DNA of 64,000 nucleotides from Takakia lepidozioides (taxonomy: Eukaryota > Plantae > Bryophyta): the NCBI GenBank assembly GCA_030704615.1, contig CM060731.1, positions 15,562,001-15,626,000 on the forward strand, in the 5' to 3' direction. Of the stretch, positions 12,520 to 24,991 are shown piece by piece. The stretch's first letter is position 1. The number at the start of each line of letters is the position of its first letter. The position numbers and the translations under genes are program-made. The notes beneath the pieces were generated by a model that saw nothing but the letters and a program-made list of their open reading frames with translations, was not told where the DNA came from and did not search any database.

Positions 12520-14555
12520 CTCTCCAACACTCTCTGCAGCGGAGTGAGGATGACTAACACTCGGTACTCCTGTATCACTCTCCCAACTGAGCTGCCCCTT
12601 TCAAATTGAGAGAGAATTTTATACACACTGCATTGTATTGTTTGTACGCTGCAGTGGCTTGCTGTCCAAGCCAAACATCAGGCTCCGAACTTCCGCGTTC
12701 ATGGTCGGTACCAAAGCTGGCGTGACTTCCTGTGCACAAGGACTCGGTCAGACGAGCGAGCCCTGCAGATTCACAGTTTGACGAATCCGTCGGAGCGCAA
12801 TTGCAGAGAAGGCCATCTACCCCTCAACTGCCCACCTATAATTTGAAGTACTGGAAATTGAAAAACACACAAGTTTAACAACCCCTCCTCACTAATTTGA
12901 GGCTACAGACTACAGACCCACCTAGATTCAACCGTGAAATGAGTTCATGCATCTAGCTAACCAAAAATGATATGACGTTTCGCAAGGGTCAGGATTGCAT
13001 GTGGGTGCAGATGAAAACAAGGAAGGTCGAGATATCAGTCATCCCCCAAGGTGATCCTACATCCTTGAAATCGTATTTTTCTTCCATAAGTTAATCCAGG
13101 AGGCCGCCTGGGAGAGCTTGTACATGAAGTGACGTAATCACCAATTACCGCATATTACACATAGTCTTGACGTCCCACCGCTGCAGCTTTGCGGTCAGCA
13201 CTCCCCATTATATGAGGTAGAGTAGGTAGCCCAATGGTTGGGTATTTGTGCTTTGCTTGTGCATAACCTAGGTGATCTAGGGTTTAAAGTGTCCACTTTC
13301 CAACAAAAAGAAGTAATCCTTGGATGAGGAGACACTATAATCCAAGGTTCTTTGGGGAGGAGTCCTCTTTCTTTTCTTTCTATGATGCGGATTGTTTTCC
13401 TTGTGGCTCCTTTGCAGTGCCATTTAGGGGATTAGGTAGAGTCAAGGATTGGCACCAAAATATTTCACTTGTTATTTTGTTACTGTTTTTAATTTTTAGT
13501 TTCTCAAAAAAATAAACAGGGGACAGTGGCCCTGATAAAGTTTATTTGAAATTATTTTGGGGAAAAAAATTAAAACCCCTATTACACACCCCACATTAGT
13601 TATCATTTATGAAAGGGAGGTAGTCCTTGAAGACGGTATTGGCTGTCTTCTATGCATCATGTTGCAGTCAACGGAGAACATGTGGTCAAAGGACCTTACA
13701 CCATGGTAAGGCTCCCATTGGTGTGTTGTGCCGAGTCATGCCACTCAGTCTCACCTCCCCTTTATGTTTTCCCTAAGCAAGAGAGCCCATTGTGTTTCAG
13801 GCTTGTTAAAATTTGTTCAGAAAAATCCTGTTGGGTTTTGATGATCTTTGTTGCCCCCGAGTTCCCTCTCCAAAGAAGGGTGAGAGTCACCTAAGAATAT
13901 ATGAGGCCTCCTCAAGGAAGCGAAAATTATGGTGTCTCTTCCCCCCCAAGGGCTACTGCTATTGTGACATCCATCGGTGGATTGAACCCACAACAACTTC
14001 CGAGGTGTTATGTCGACCATTAGCACTAGGCTACAATTTGGTTGGACCGTCCTAAACTAACTCTAAGGCTCTAGAGGGAGGCGGGACCAGGGCCTAACGG
14101 GCCGTTTCTGCAAAACAAACAGTGCTCCCCACCTACTTGAAGTCCCAGAAGGTACTACGGCCACATACCATACCGACACATTAGAGGTTCACCCAACTAT
14201 GCACCCCTTGTAAGACCCAATTTCTCTATATTCTCTTTTCCTCTGTGAGCTTGGGTGCTAAAGCGGGGAAATAGCCAGTAAAGCACGCCAAGCTAGATGG
14301 GAAGGATCTCTCGCTAGAGGAGCCTCACAGGTGGGCCAACCAAATCACATGCAGGGGTATCAAGTGCAAATCATCCAAACACCAGGCACATCCAAATACA
14401 CTGTCTTGATCACCCAAAACATCCCGCGTTTGGCATAAGCCATCCGCTTTTTATATTAAGAAAATGGCTAATCTGGAATGGCAAATGGTGGCCTCTTATT
14501 GGCTGCCAGGATTTCTTTAAGTTTCTCCCACACATCAGCAGCTGTCAAAGTAGGT

Positions 14556-14684
14556 TACTGTTGGAATGAGACAAAGGCCTTGGCTAACTTTAGGTACATT
14601 TAATCAGCCATACCAACCACCCTACTTTTCATCCAGCTTACGAACAAAAGAGCATCTGTAATAGGTGGAATACTCCATCTTACA
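14556..14684. repeat. 129-bp terminal direct repeat, copy 1 (partner 36005-36133)
   Basis: TACTGTTGGAATGAGA...CCATCTTACA; 2 mismatches between copies. Confidence 0.95.
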
Positions 14685-15077
14685 TATGTAAGACCCGCCC
14701 ACGCCAATTAGGAGTGAGCTCCAGCGAGCTTCCGCAAGTGTATCAAAGCAAGGCCTACCGAGCCAAAAATCAATTTCAAAAAGAAAGACTAGGCATCCGA
14801 TAGGAGAGGGATGAAAAAACCTCTGGGGAAAACCTTACCCTACAAAGTGGGTGAAGGATAAAACCCCCAATAGGAAAAACCCCAATCCATACAATTGATG
14901 CAAGCTCATAAAAGCAGTTCTGTAGCTCTCATCTCTCTCACAATCAGATGTCTATTCAAAAAGACGAAAGCTAGCTGGTGAAGTCAAGCCAAGCCCAACC
15001 AAACAAAGCTAATGCAGCTCCACCACTGTACATAGCCAAGTTTTAAAAAGCAGAAAGCATGAATTCATGATCTGCAC

Positions 15078-18000
15078 TCATGCAGCACGGCCAGGGGTTA
15101 GAACAACACGACGGCCCTCTACGTTAATGCAAGTGAGATCAAAAACTAGTTTGCAATGCACAAGAGAATCAAGGTGGACAGTGTGGGAAAGAGGAGGAAC
15201 AGAGGGATGTTGAGGGAGCAGCCGATACTGTCTCCCCCGCAAGACTTCCGTAATAAGATATGGGCCCTCGATACGTTTGGTAGCCTTGGAAATGATCTTC
15301 CCTTGCTGAAGCCGCACACACACAGATTGATCCTGCAGAAATTCTTCTGAATAGCACACACGTCGGTTATAATTGCGAGCCTGAATCACCTGAGCTTTAG
15401 CTATGTTGGTTTTAGCAGAGGATATTAATTTTTGCCTCTCAGCACTCATCTCAACCAAGAATGCATCTCAATCAACAGGGTCAGTACTGACAGGAATCAA
15501 CGGAGTGTCATGCAAAGGGCTGTGAGCAAGTCTGTCATATACTAGCTCAAAGGGAGTATACCCGGTACTTGCTTGAACTGAAGTCCTATAAGCGAAAATC
15601 AAAACTGGAAGAGCCACATCCCAATCACCCAACAGAGAACCATTTTTCTCCATCATGGAACACATGGTCTTATTGAATCGCTCAGTCAGACCGTTGCACT
15701 AGGGATGATAAGGCGCCGTGGTTCGATGCTTTACCCCAAGATTGAAGCATATCACTTGCATTAACTGGTTGCAGAACTCTGTACCCTGATCTGTAAGTAT
15801 CTCAAGAGGACACGCGTGTCTGAATGATTTCATCAAAGAAAAACTGTGCGACTGCATCTGCATCCTTCGCGGCCAAAGGCAGGACCTCCACCCATTTAGA
15901 GAGGTAGTCCGTTGCTATGGCTATGTAGGAGTGGCCCTTCTCTGTGAGTTTAAGAGGTCCAACAAGATCTAAGCCCATCCTATCAAAGAGACCAGTGACA
16001 GGTATAGGCTGCATGGGTAATGAAGCGCGAGCCCGAGGAAGCAATGTCTTGGCATGACATTCAAACACATTGAGAAACAAAGGAGGCAACGTCCTGATGC
16101 ATACCCTTCCAGGTATATTGTTCTTGCAAACGCTTGACAATTTTTGTCATGCCACGGTGACCAGCAAAAGGTGAGGTGTGATATAATTCAAGCAACTCTG
16201 GAATAGAGCTCCTATTAGGAACATCCACGGATTTGATAAGGCCATCCAAGACAATTTTCTTCAACAATTTACCTTCACGTTCCACATGACAGGGAAGGTG
16301 ATAGTTAACTTGCATTTGAAGTGTCTTGGAAATACCTGGGAGTTGTGTGCCGGCCTTGCACTTGTGGGGAAGGGCTGCGATCAGGGAGTCATCCATGCCT
16401 ATCATGCACAAAGCCAAAGAAACAGTGGGTTAATAGCAGGTAATCAGAAGTGTCCGCCTCTGTGGTCTTCAAATAATATAACCCTGCATCGCATCTGAAT
16501 CAGGCTTACATATGAAGGTAGGCTGGGCATGAAGTACAGGTCCTAAGGGAAGTATCCATAAGAAACACGTGGCCATGAAAAAGAAGAAGGGTACAACTGT
16601 AGTAACCAGGCAGCATTGATCAAGCAAATAGGACCAATCCAGACACGCAAGTACAAAAGTGACCATCTCAATGAACATCAAAAGTGATCAGATCCCCTGC
16701 AGGTTTAACGGCATAGGGCAGCTCATCCATCAAGCTAAAAAAGGATGCATGTAGATATAAATCAGGCAGTGAACGATCAGGATTCTGCATGCGAGCCAAA
16801 TCATCCAGAGTCGTGTAAGGAACATGGGTCTTGGTCTCTCCCCTAGTAAGTGCATCAGCGTTGCCGTTTTCTTTCCCCTTCTTGTAAACTATATCATATT
16901 CAAAACCCTGTAGATGCAAAGACCATCTAGCAAGCCTGCCAGATAATTCACGAGGAGTTGTAAGGGCCTTGAGAAGGAGATGATCGGTCTCCACGGTGAA
17001 ATAACAACCATGCAGGTACTGCCTGAAGTGTTTCACCCCAAAAATTACAGCCAACCCCTCCTTGTTAGTAATACTATAATTTTTTTCATGTTTATCAAAT
17101 TGCCTAGATGCGTAAGCAACGACATGTTCTCTACCATCTCGCACTTGGCTAAGAATTGCAGAAACAGCCATGTCACTGGCATCTGTTTGCAAAAGAAAGG
17201 GAAGAGAGAAGTCTGGAAAAACCAGCACTGGAGCAGTTGTGAGGGCTATCTTCAGCTGTTCAAAGGCCTTGGTCTCAGGTATGCCCCAATGAAATCGAAC
17301 ATCCTTGCATAGAAGTATGAACAATGGACCGGCCATGTTAGCAAAATGGAGGATAAATCATCTATAATAAGAGGCAAGTCCAAGAAAGGCACGGACACAA
17401 TGTTTGTCATGAGGAAGAGGGAAGTCCCATACTGCCTGGATTTTGCTAACATCAGGTTTGATGCCTTCCCCACAAAGGATGTGACCAAGAAATTTAAGTT
17501 CTGCCATGCAGAAATCGCACTTTTTGGCCTTAACCTTGAGGCCTGCAGCTCTGAGACGACACAATACACGCTGCAGGTCAATGAGGTGAGAATCAAAATT
17601 AGCAGAATAAACATTTATGTCATCAATGTATACTAATGCACATTCCCATCTCAGATTGCCAAGAACCACATCCATAAGCCTTTGGAATATTGTTGTGGCA
17701 TTACAGAGTCCGAATGGCATGGTTTCGTATTGATAGATGCCATATCTGCATGTAAAGGCCGTTTTCTCTTTAGATGCTTCTGTCAAAGAGACCTGCCAAA
17801 AGCCAGAAGCTAGGTCAAGTGAAGAGAAAATTGTGGCTCCACTAAGCTGATCCAGGGTCTCGTTAATTCTTGGTAAAGGATATACATCCTTCTTAGTCAT
17901 GGAATTGAGCCGTCTGAAGTCAACACAAAACTTGGTGGAACCATCCTTTTTGGCCACTAACACGATAGGACTAGCCCAAGGTGACATAGATGGGCGAATG

Positions 18001-19298
18001 ACACCAGCATTCAACATTTTCTTAATTTCTTCATGAACCACTGCTCTCTCACGAACTGACTCGCTGTAGGCATATTGTTTGACTAGATTCCCATCAGTGA
18101 CAATCTCATGATTCAAAATACTGGTCCGACCAAGATCATGAGATCCTCTACTGAACACAGACAGGTTTCTTCGAATCAAAGCATGTAACTTAGCCAATTG
18201 AACCTTAGTTATATCACCCACCTGGATCTCGGCCAACACTTGAGCAAAGTGCTCCTCTTGCTTGGTGGTGAGAATAATGTCATCACTGACTGCAACAATG
18301 TTGGTCATGGCAATAAGGCTGTCCATAGGGCTGTCTACAAGTCCAATGTCATGAAAATTGAGAGCAGGCTCTACAGATTGAATTTCAGTCAAAGGCAAGG
18401 CAGTGAGTCTAGCCATAATCTGTCCCTTCTTGATTGTGACCATCATACGCTCAAGATTAACAAGGAGTAATCGGATTTCTCCTCTGTACCCCCTGTCTTA
18501 AACCCCAGAAGCCACCAAGCAGTGTTTCTGCAAAGATAATTTCTTCCAGCCTTCTACTTCCATGTACATGTCCTTGGGGCAAATAAAAGCCAGACCTATG
18601 GGGGCCAAGATTTGTAACATTGCAGGCAAATCAATATCATGATGAGCCCTCAAAAGTACGGAATTATTGGGAACAGGAAGAGGGGCTAGTCCAGTCTTCT
18701 TACCTGGTCCAGGCAAATGCCTTTGAAAAACGGTGGTGGCCGACTCATTGTTGAAATTAAAGAATCTGGTCCAGTTGTATGTGTTACAAGCTCTTTGGCG
18801 TATTTCGTGAGCAGCAGCCTGCATCTGAATAAGATGCCAAGTGGAACTCCCAGCCATAATACGGACAGAGTTCAGGTTGACTTTATGCCTTGTACCATTG
18901 CCACCACTCAAGGTCATGACATTCGTATGTAAATTGATTTCTGCCCTGGCTTCCCACATCCAATCTAAGCCAATTAGAAATTGCTCTCTCATAGTGACAA
19001 TTCCAGTCACCGTGACCACCGTACCAGCAATTCCAATAGGCATGGTTACAAGCCCTAACGGCTTATATTTGGTACCATCAGCTATAGTAACCTCCAGCCC
19101 TTTGGCAGACACTAATTTTAATCCCAACACTTGGACAACATGTAAAGGAACAGCAGAGACTGTGCATCCAGTGTCAACAATGCACGAAAAAAACAAATGC
19201 CCTACATGGCATTGAGTAAGTAGTGGGTATATACGAACCTTCTTCCTGGGTTTAATCACTTCTGTATGTAGCAACTTGAAAGTATCAGAAACAAGAAC
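15078..19298 (-). pseudogene. pol: Gypsy pol: aspartic protease, dUTPase-like, RT, RNase H, integrase (decayed)
   Basis: IVDTGC (~19170); GV*DRGYRGEI and KGQIMARL (~18405-18505); SPWASPIVLV, YPLPRI, MPFGLCNA, YIDD (17619-17630); QTDASD, ETDH, NADALTR; GHRG, DLVGPL, TGYTPFELVY. Confidence 0.93.
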
Positions 19299-20763
19299 GC
19301 TATGTCCACATTTCCCTGGATTATGCCTGCACGAAGCAAGGCCAACTGCATTCAACACCCTCCACTTTATTATAGTATTGCAGCAACATTCAAAGCACTT
19401 CAATTTGTATCCATCGAGAACATCTAGGCTAGAAAAAGACATTGTTGCAGCATAACTTAGGAAAGTACTTCTCCCCTTCCACTACACACATGAAATGAAA
19501 GAAGCCAACCAACAGCATACCATCCAAGAAAATATGAAACCAGCCAAGAAATGAGCCAATATATGCAGTGAAGGTCGACACTAAATGAAACTTATCCAGC
19601 ACTTACATTAGAGGAGGGAAACTGAGTTTTACCTCCATAAGCTTGCCCACATCAAATTTGGGAGCTTTCAAAAAATTTCTTTTCCGGTTGAATGAACTTG
19701 ACTACAAGTTCCTTCAAATCACAAGTTTGAGCTTCACACACAATGAACTTACAGGGATTGAGCTTCCAATGCGAATCAGAAGTCTTATATTGATAGCATT
19801 GTTGTAAAACACATGGACCAACAATGACAGTCTCTGGAATGACATATAGTATAGTTTCATGTAGTATGTCGCACACAACTATGTACCAGTGATGTGGCTT
19901 CTTTGCCACTTGCCTCCTTTGCCCATTCAGCCATCTCCACATTGCCACGGACTCTGCATGCACCACGCAAGGCCATCCACAACATCCTCTGGAAATGCTA
20001 TAATCAGCCATCTCCACATTGCAATGGATTCTGTCCGCACCAAGCAAGGCCAACTGCATTCCGCAGCCTCCACTTTATTATGGTATTGCAGCAACATTGA
20101 AAGCACTTCAATTAATATCCAACAAGAACATGTAGGCTGGAAAAGAAAAATTATTGCAGCAGAACTTACGTTCGTATTCCTCCCCTTCCACTACACACGG
20201 GAAATTTAACCCCTGGTACCTCAACATGCTCCCCTTCAAGCTCTTCCAACTCACCAACATGTCGCTCTATCTTTGCTCCCACCTCCTCACTGTATTTGAT
20301 CCCCATGAAAGCAGCCAAGCAACAAGATACCAGCCAAGAAAACAGCTAATGTATGCAGTGAACGTCGACACTAAACTGAAACTTATCCAGCACTTAAATT
20401 AGAGGAGGGAAGCGAGTTCTACCTCCATAAGCTTGCCCACATCAACTCTAGGAGCTTTCATAATATTTACTTTGTGGATGAAGGTGTTATATATAGGATA
20501 CATACTGGCTGATATCTTCTCAATGTCTTTTCCAATCACCTCTGGATGAACTTGGCTACAAGAACCTTCAAATCACAAGTTTGAGCATGCACAATGATCT
20601 CCCTCATCTTCCACCGAAGCAAGTCGAGACATGATAACACTACTTACATCAGGCTGCATGTCGTGAAACTGGTGAAGGACCTGCATGGAAATACTGGCTG
20701 CATACAATGTTTTGCAGTGTTCCTGACAAGCAACCACCATTGCAACCGTCATGTTCTATGGAA

Positions 20764-20806
<43 letters not shown>

Positions 20807-22275
20807 TCTTTCCCACTCACACATGAACCTCAGAAATGGACATCACTGAAACGCCTTCATTATCCCCAAAAACTATTGGCTGGTGTACTTGAGGTTCTAT
20901 TCCGAGTGATAAGAGCCCCATACTAGAAGCAGCACTGCACCCACTTAAAATGAGAGTAACCTAAAAGTTAGTGAGGATATTGCGACCCTGCACATTCTTG
21001 ATGAAGCCAGTTTGACAATTCGTAGAGAGAACATATATACTGGCGGTCAGCTTCAACTTTTCCTTTGTAATATCTTCCATTATTTGACCGGCCAACCTGT
21101 GATGACGACAATGCTACCCATATCCTAACAGCATTGCATTCAAAAAGAATTCCCAAAATCAAGATCATGAGGGGAAATGTGAAGTTCCCTTTGGAACCTT
21201 CCACATAGAATGAAGGGTTTGACAGCGAAATAAGGACAAAAAAGGGGAGGAAGATGTAGGTTCCGATTGGGATTTCGCATCGGGCCTGTAGCTTCATGAT
21301 GGTGATTGGTTATAACTGCTAATGGAAGAGATGTAGACTTGGCAGCAGATATTTAAACGTTTCGATTATAACTTACCAATCTGACACCAGATAACCTTTG
21401 TAAATCCTATCGAACTCTCCCTTCGAATTCGCATTGTCGATGCTTCCATACATGTCCATGAAGGTAGCGTTCCAAATTTCTTCAAGTAGATGCAGTTCTC
21501 GCCTGTGATATGATCACCATGCTATCATGCAATCATCGCATTTGAAGACACAACCCGTCGTTCAGCCATACTGACACATTCCCTCTCTGCAAACTCCACG
21601 TTCCAAATGGCATCCTCTGCAGACTCTCACTTTACAGACTCAATGAAGAATGCGACTTAGTGCTCTACGGTAACTATAAAATGCTTGAGCTATATCAAAC
21701 CAATAGGAAACTAACACATGTACCAAGCTGATAGGATTTCGGCAAACATGGATGGATGAGCTCATCCAATGGATGGATCCATTCATGTATATGTCTTCAA
21801 AATGACACGTGTACTAATAAAGTCATATAAATGCCTTTAAAATGCCATGTGTAGTGATGTAGTCATATATATAGAGTCATGAATCAATCTGCAGTCAGAC
21901 AGTCATAAGTTTACATGCCATGTCATGTTGTGGATGAACTCGTCCAATGGATGAATACATTCGTGTATTTGCCTTCGAAATGACACGTGTAGCGATGTAG
22001 TCGTATAATTAGAGCTGTGAAACCATCTCCAGTCTTGGAGTCATAACATTCCATGAAACGTCGTCCACGTGTAGTCAAACATATCACACTAGTCATATAA
22101 ACCATCCATGTCATCGTGGTCAACAATGTTTGACCAAAGCTTCATAACTTTCCGGAGTCATGTAGTGATAAAACTATGACTGCAACGCATTTCGGCGCTC
22201 TGTAATCATCTACCTAGTGCAGTTTTTATGACTCCGCCAAAGCCGTAGTCCTAAAAATGTTCATATCTTGTAGTG
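19299..22275. mobile_element. Inverted left arm of the CACTA element (TIR at 22247-22275)
   Basis: Ends ...TCATATCTTGTAGTG (reverse complement CACTACAAGATATGA...) followed by GAC; AGTCATA subterminal motifs at 21820-22250; 19690-20000 is an inverted homologue of 24240-24550. Confidence 0.85.
20767..20808. repeat. (CT)n microsatellite
   Basis: Visible TCTCTC run. Confidence 0.95.
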
Positions 22276-22836
22276 GACAGGTGACGGTTTCTTGGTCTAG
22301 TGCTTTCCTTTTGATTACAAAGTTGTAGTGAACTGTTGGATGCTTACAAGAGCTAAGTATAGGCTTTTAAATGATCAAGACAGTGAGATGGGAGAGGTGA
22401 AGGACCCTTGTGAGCAAATTTTTGAAGCCAGTGGACCCAGTCTGAGTTCACAACGGGCGGAACAAGGGTTCCTGGGCCTGAAACTCAACCAAGTGTGGCC
22501 ATCTAATGTTGAACAGCAAGCAGGTTGTCGCGCACCTCACTTCGGTAAGCTCCCCTTCAAGTCATAGTTACTCGCTTTGATGCGCGCGCCTAACTCCCAA
22601 CCTGGCCGCCGGGCCAACTCGGAGCTTTGGCTGCTCACCGGGACATAACGGTCCCCCTTTACTCCCCCAACAGACCCTCCACCAATTTGGGCCTAGTGGA
22701 AATTCCCTTTGGTAGATGGCAGTCCGGAATAGCTCCCCACTCCTTGGTCGCTTTCCGGCTCGCTAGCTTACTCACTAGTTTTTGGTCACCAATGGGCTTG
22801 CACCGTTCTCGGGGTCACAAACAACCATGCCATTTT

Positions 22837-24190
22837 ATGGCGAACCACCATGGAGACCCTCAATTCCCGGTGATGAGTCGCGGTGAGTCTTGGCCCACCC
22901 ACCACGGCCCCATTGGACCGTGGTGAGTCCCAAGACTCCCCACGACTCCCACCACAAGGTCTCCGCCCCATGGTGAGTCCTATGCCACCCCCACTAAGTC
23001 CCACTAAGCTACCTCCACCCCTTGTGGAGCCACCCCCACCGCAACCCGGTGTGCGGGGCTCCACCTAGTGAGCGCCTCCGCCTCCTTGAGTGCCTTGGGC
23101 ACTCAAGGGTGCTTCAGCCCCCCGTACCTATTGCTGCCACCTCCCCCACCACAGGGGCAGCTTCTGCGTCCCGACCCCCTGCCCTCAAGGCAAAGGGCCG
23201 CAACACAGGTGAACCAGAACTTGATGAGTTGTGCCATGCTATGCGTCTCATTTCTGACTGTCCTGCTTTATTGGACTTGCTTCTTGCTAAACGTACTCAA
23301 AATGTTGTTGTGCCTGCGAAATCCCTTGAGACCCGCATGACGAAGCAACCTTATCTAGAATACAAGGTGGGGCAGAACTTTGATAATTTCATCACCTTTT
23401 TGAGATGAGTGTGAAAATGAATGCAGTTTCACCTGCCTTTGTCACCAATGCCTTTCGTTTCTGTCTCAAGGGGGAGGCCCGAGAACTCTTTGAAACCACT
23501 ATCAAAGATCTGGGTGATGTGTCATGGTTTGAAGCTAAGGGTTTAGCTGAACAATTGTTTCATGAAGAAAAGTTGCCTAATTACTGTGTACCTGAGAGAA
23601 GCTACAAAGAAGGAGAAAATATATACAAATACTATAATGATATACGTACAGCAGTGTATAAGACCGTCCCTATTCTCTCGGAAAGGCCATTGGCCATTAA
23701 ATTAGGCTTCATCAGAGGACTACCTCTTGCAGAGCAGGTATACCTGCAATGAAACAAGTACTCCACCAAAAAAGAAATGGTTCAGTTAATAGAAAAACGC
23801 TTGCGCACTAAAGCAGCTAAACGGGGAGTTGTACCCAAAATTCCAGCCACACACATGTTGATTGATGCTTCGGACCTGATTGTGGGCACTAACAAGGGAA
23901 AGGCTATGGAGCCTGCAGTTGTACGAGATGTGCAGGAAACAGTCAGACTTGAATTACAAGCCTTTAAGGCTGATGCTCGTTGGCAGGCCCCCTCAAATTC
24001 CAACCCGAGTGGTGGCAATAGGGGACGTACTAATACTGGTGCTAGTATCAAAGCCATGTAGCATGTTACATCTGCAAAAGCAATGATCATGTCACTAGGT
24101 TTTGTCCTTACCAGGAAGATTTGCCAGGGATGATTGAAACCTTTGAAAAAAGAGAAAGAAAAGAAGGGTAAGGCTCGTTTAAACGAATAG
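22837..24190 (+). pseudogene. gag: gag of the dUTPase Gypsy element (on + because of the inversion)
   Basis: Pro-rich N-terminus, capsid-like FRFCLKGEARELF...GENIYKYY...FIRGLP, zinc knuckle CYICKSNDHVTRFC (24064-24105), gag end KARLNE* at the TTTAAAC slippery site. Confidence 0.85.
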
Positions 24191-24218
24191 GGTTACCTGT
24201 GAATGAAGGGACAGGTGA
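24178..24218 (+). promoter_or_regulatory. Putative -1 programmed ribosomal frameshift signal (gag/pol)
   Basis: Heptamer T TTA AAC at 24178-24184, 8-nt spacer, hairpin TTACCTGT-gaatgaaggg-ACAGGTGA (24193-24218); gag-frame stop at 24188-24190. Confidence 0.65.
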
Positions 24219-24991
24219 TCGTGGAATTAAGCCTTCTGAATAGCATTTCCAGAGGACGGTGTGGATGGCCTCACAATCCAGCATGCAAAATCCATGGCAA
24301 TGTGGAGATGGCTGAATGGGCAAACAGGTTAAGTGGCGAACAAGCCACGTCATTGGTACATAGTTGCATGCTTACATAGTACATGAAAGTGTACTATATG
24401 TCATTCCCGAAAATGACTATGTTGGTCCATGTATTTTACAACAATGCTATCAATAAAAGACCAATGGTTCGCATTGGAAACTCAATCCCCGTAAGTGGCT
24501 TGTGCGTGATGCTCAAACTTGTGATTTGAAGGATCTTATACCCCAGTTCATTGCAGAGGTGATTGGAAAAGACATTGAGAAGCCAACAGCCGGTATCTAT
24601 CCTCTACAGATCATGTGGGAAAGCCGGCTGGCTGGAGGTCTAGTCTCAATTTCACTCATCTAATGTCAGTGTTGTATCCATTGCAATGTGGAGATGTTTG
24701 AAACAACATTGGAGCATTTCCAGAGGATGGTCTGGATGGCCTTTCATGACGTGTGCCGAATCCATGGCAAGAAAACATTGCAGGCAAAACCCATGGCAAT
24801 GGTACCAGCACGGGTTGGTCCAAAGCCAATTGCAACAACAAATGAATAAAGGGTGTTGAAAGGAAAGCACTCCATAATTGATCATAATATCCACTGTCCA
24901 AGCATGATATCTTAATGGGAATGCGAAGGGAGTGTTACCACCTTAAACTATCATGCATGGTCTATAACTGGAGTGCACAAATCTAGCATAT

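Noticed and set aside
14140-14208. ~65-bp block repeated at 36193-36262 as part of the LTRs
   Set aside because: Both copies lie outside the TGTAAGA/TCTTACA termini and the TSD; they are a pre-existing duplication at the target site.
16600-16700. OTU protease-like DGH/C motif in the pol linker
   Set aside because: Match too short and interrupted by stops.
22285-22567. Long continuation of Gypsy ORF1 beyond the CACTA insertion
   Set aside because: The frame hits TGA at 22282 and many more stops, unlike the stop-free upstream 299 codons; the native stop is most simply at 22282-22284.
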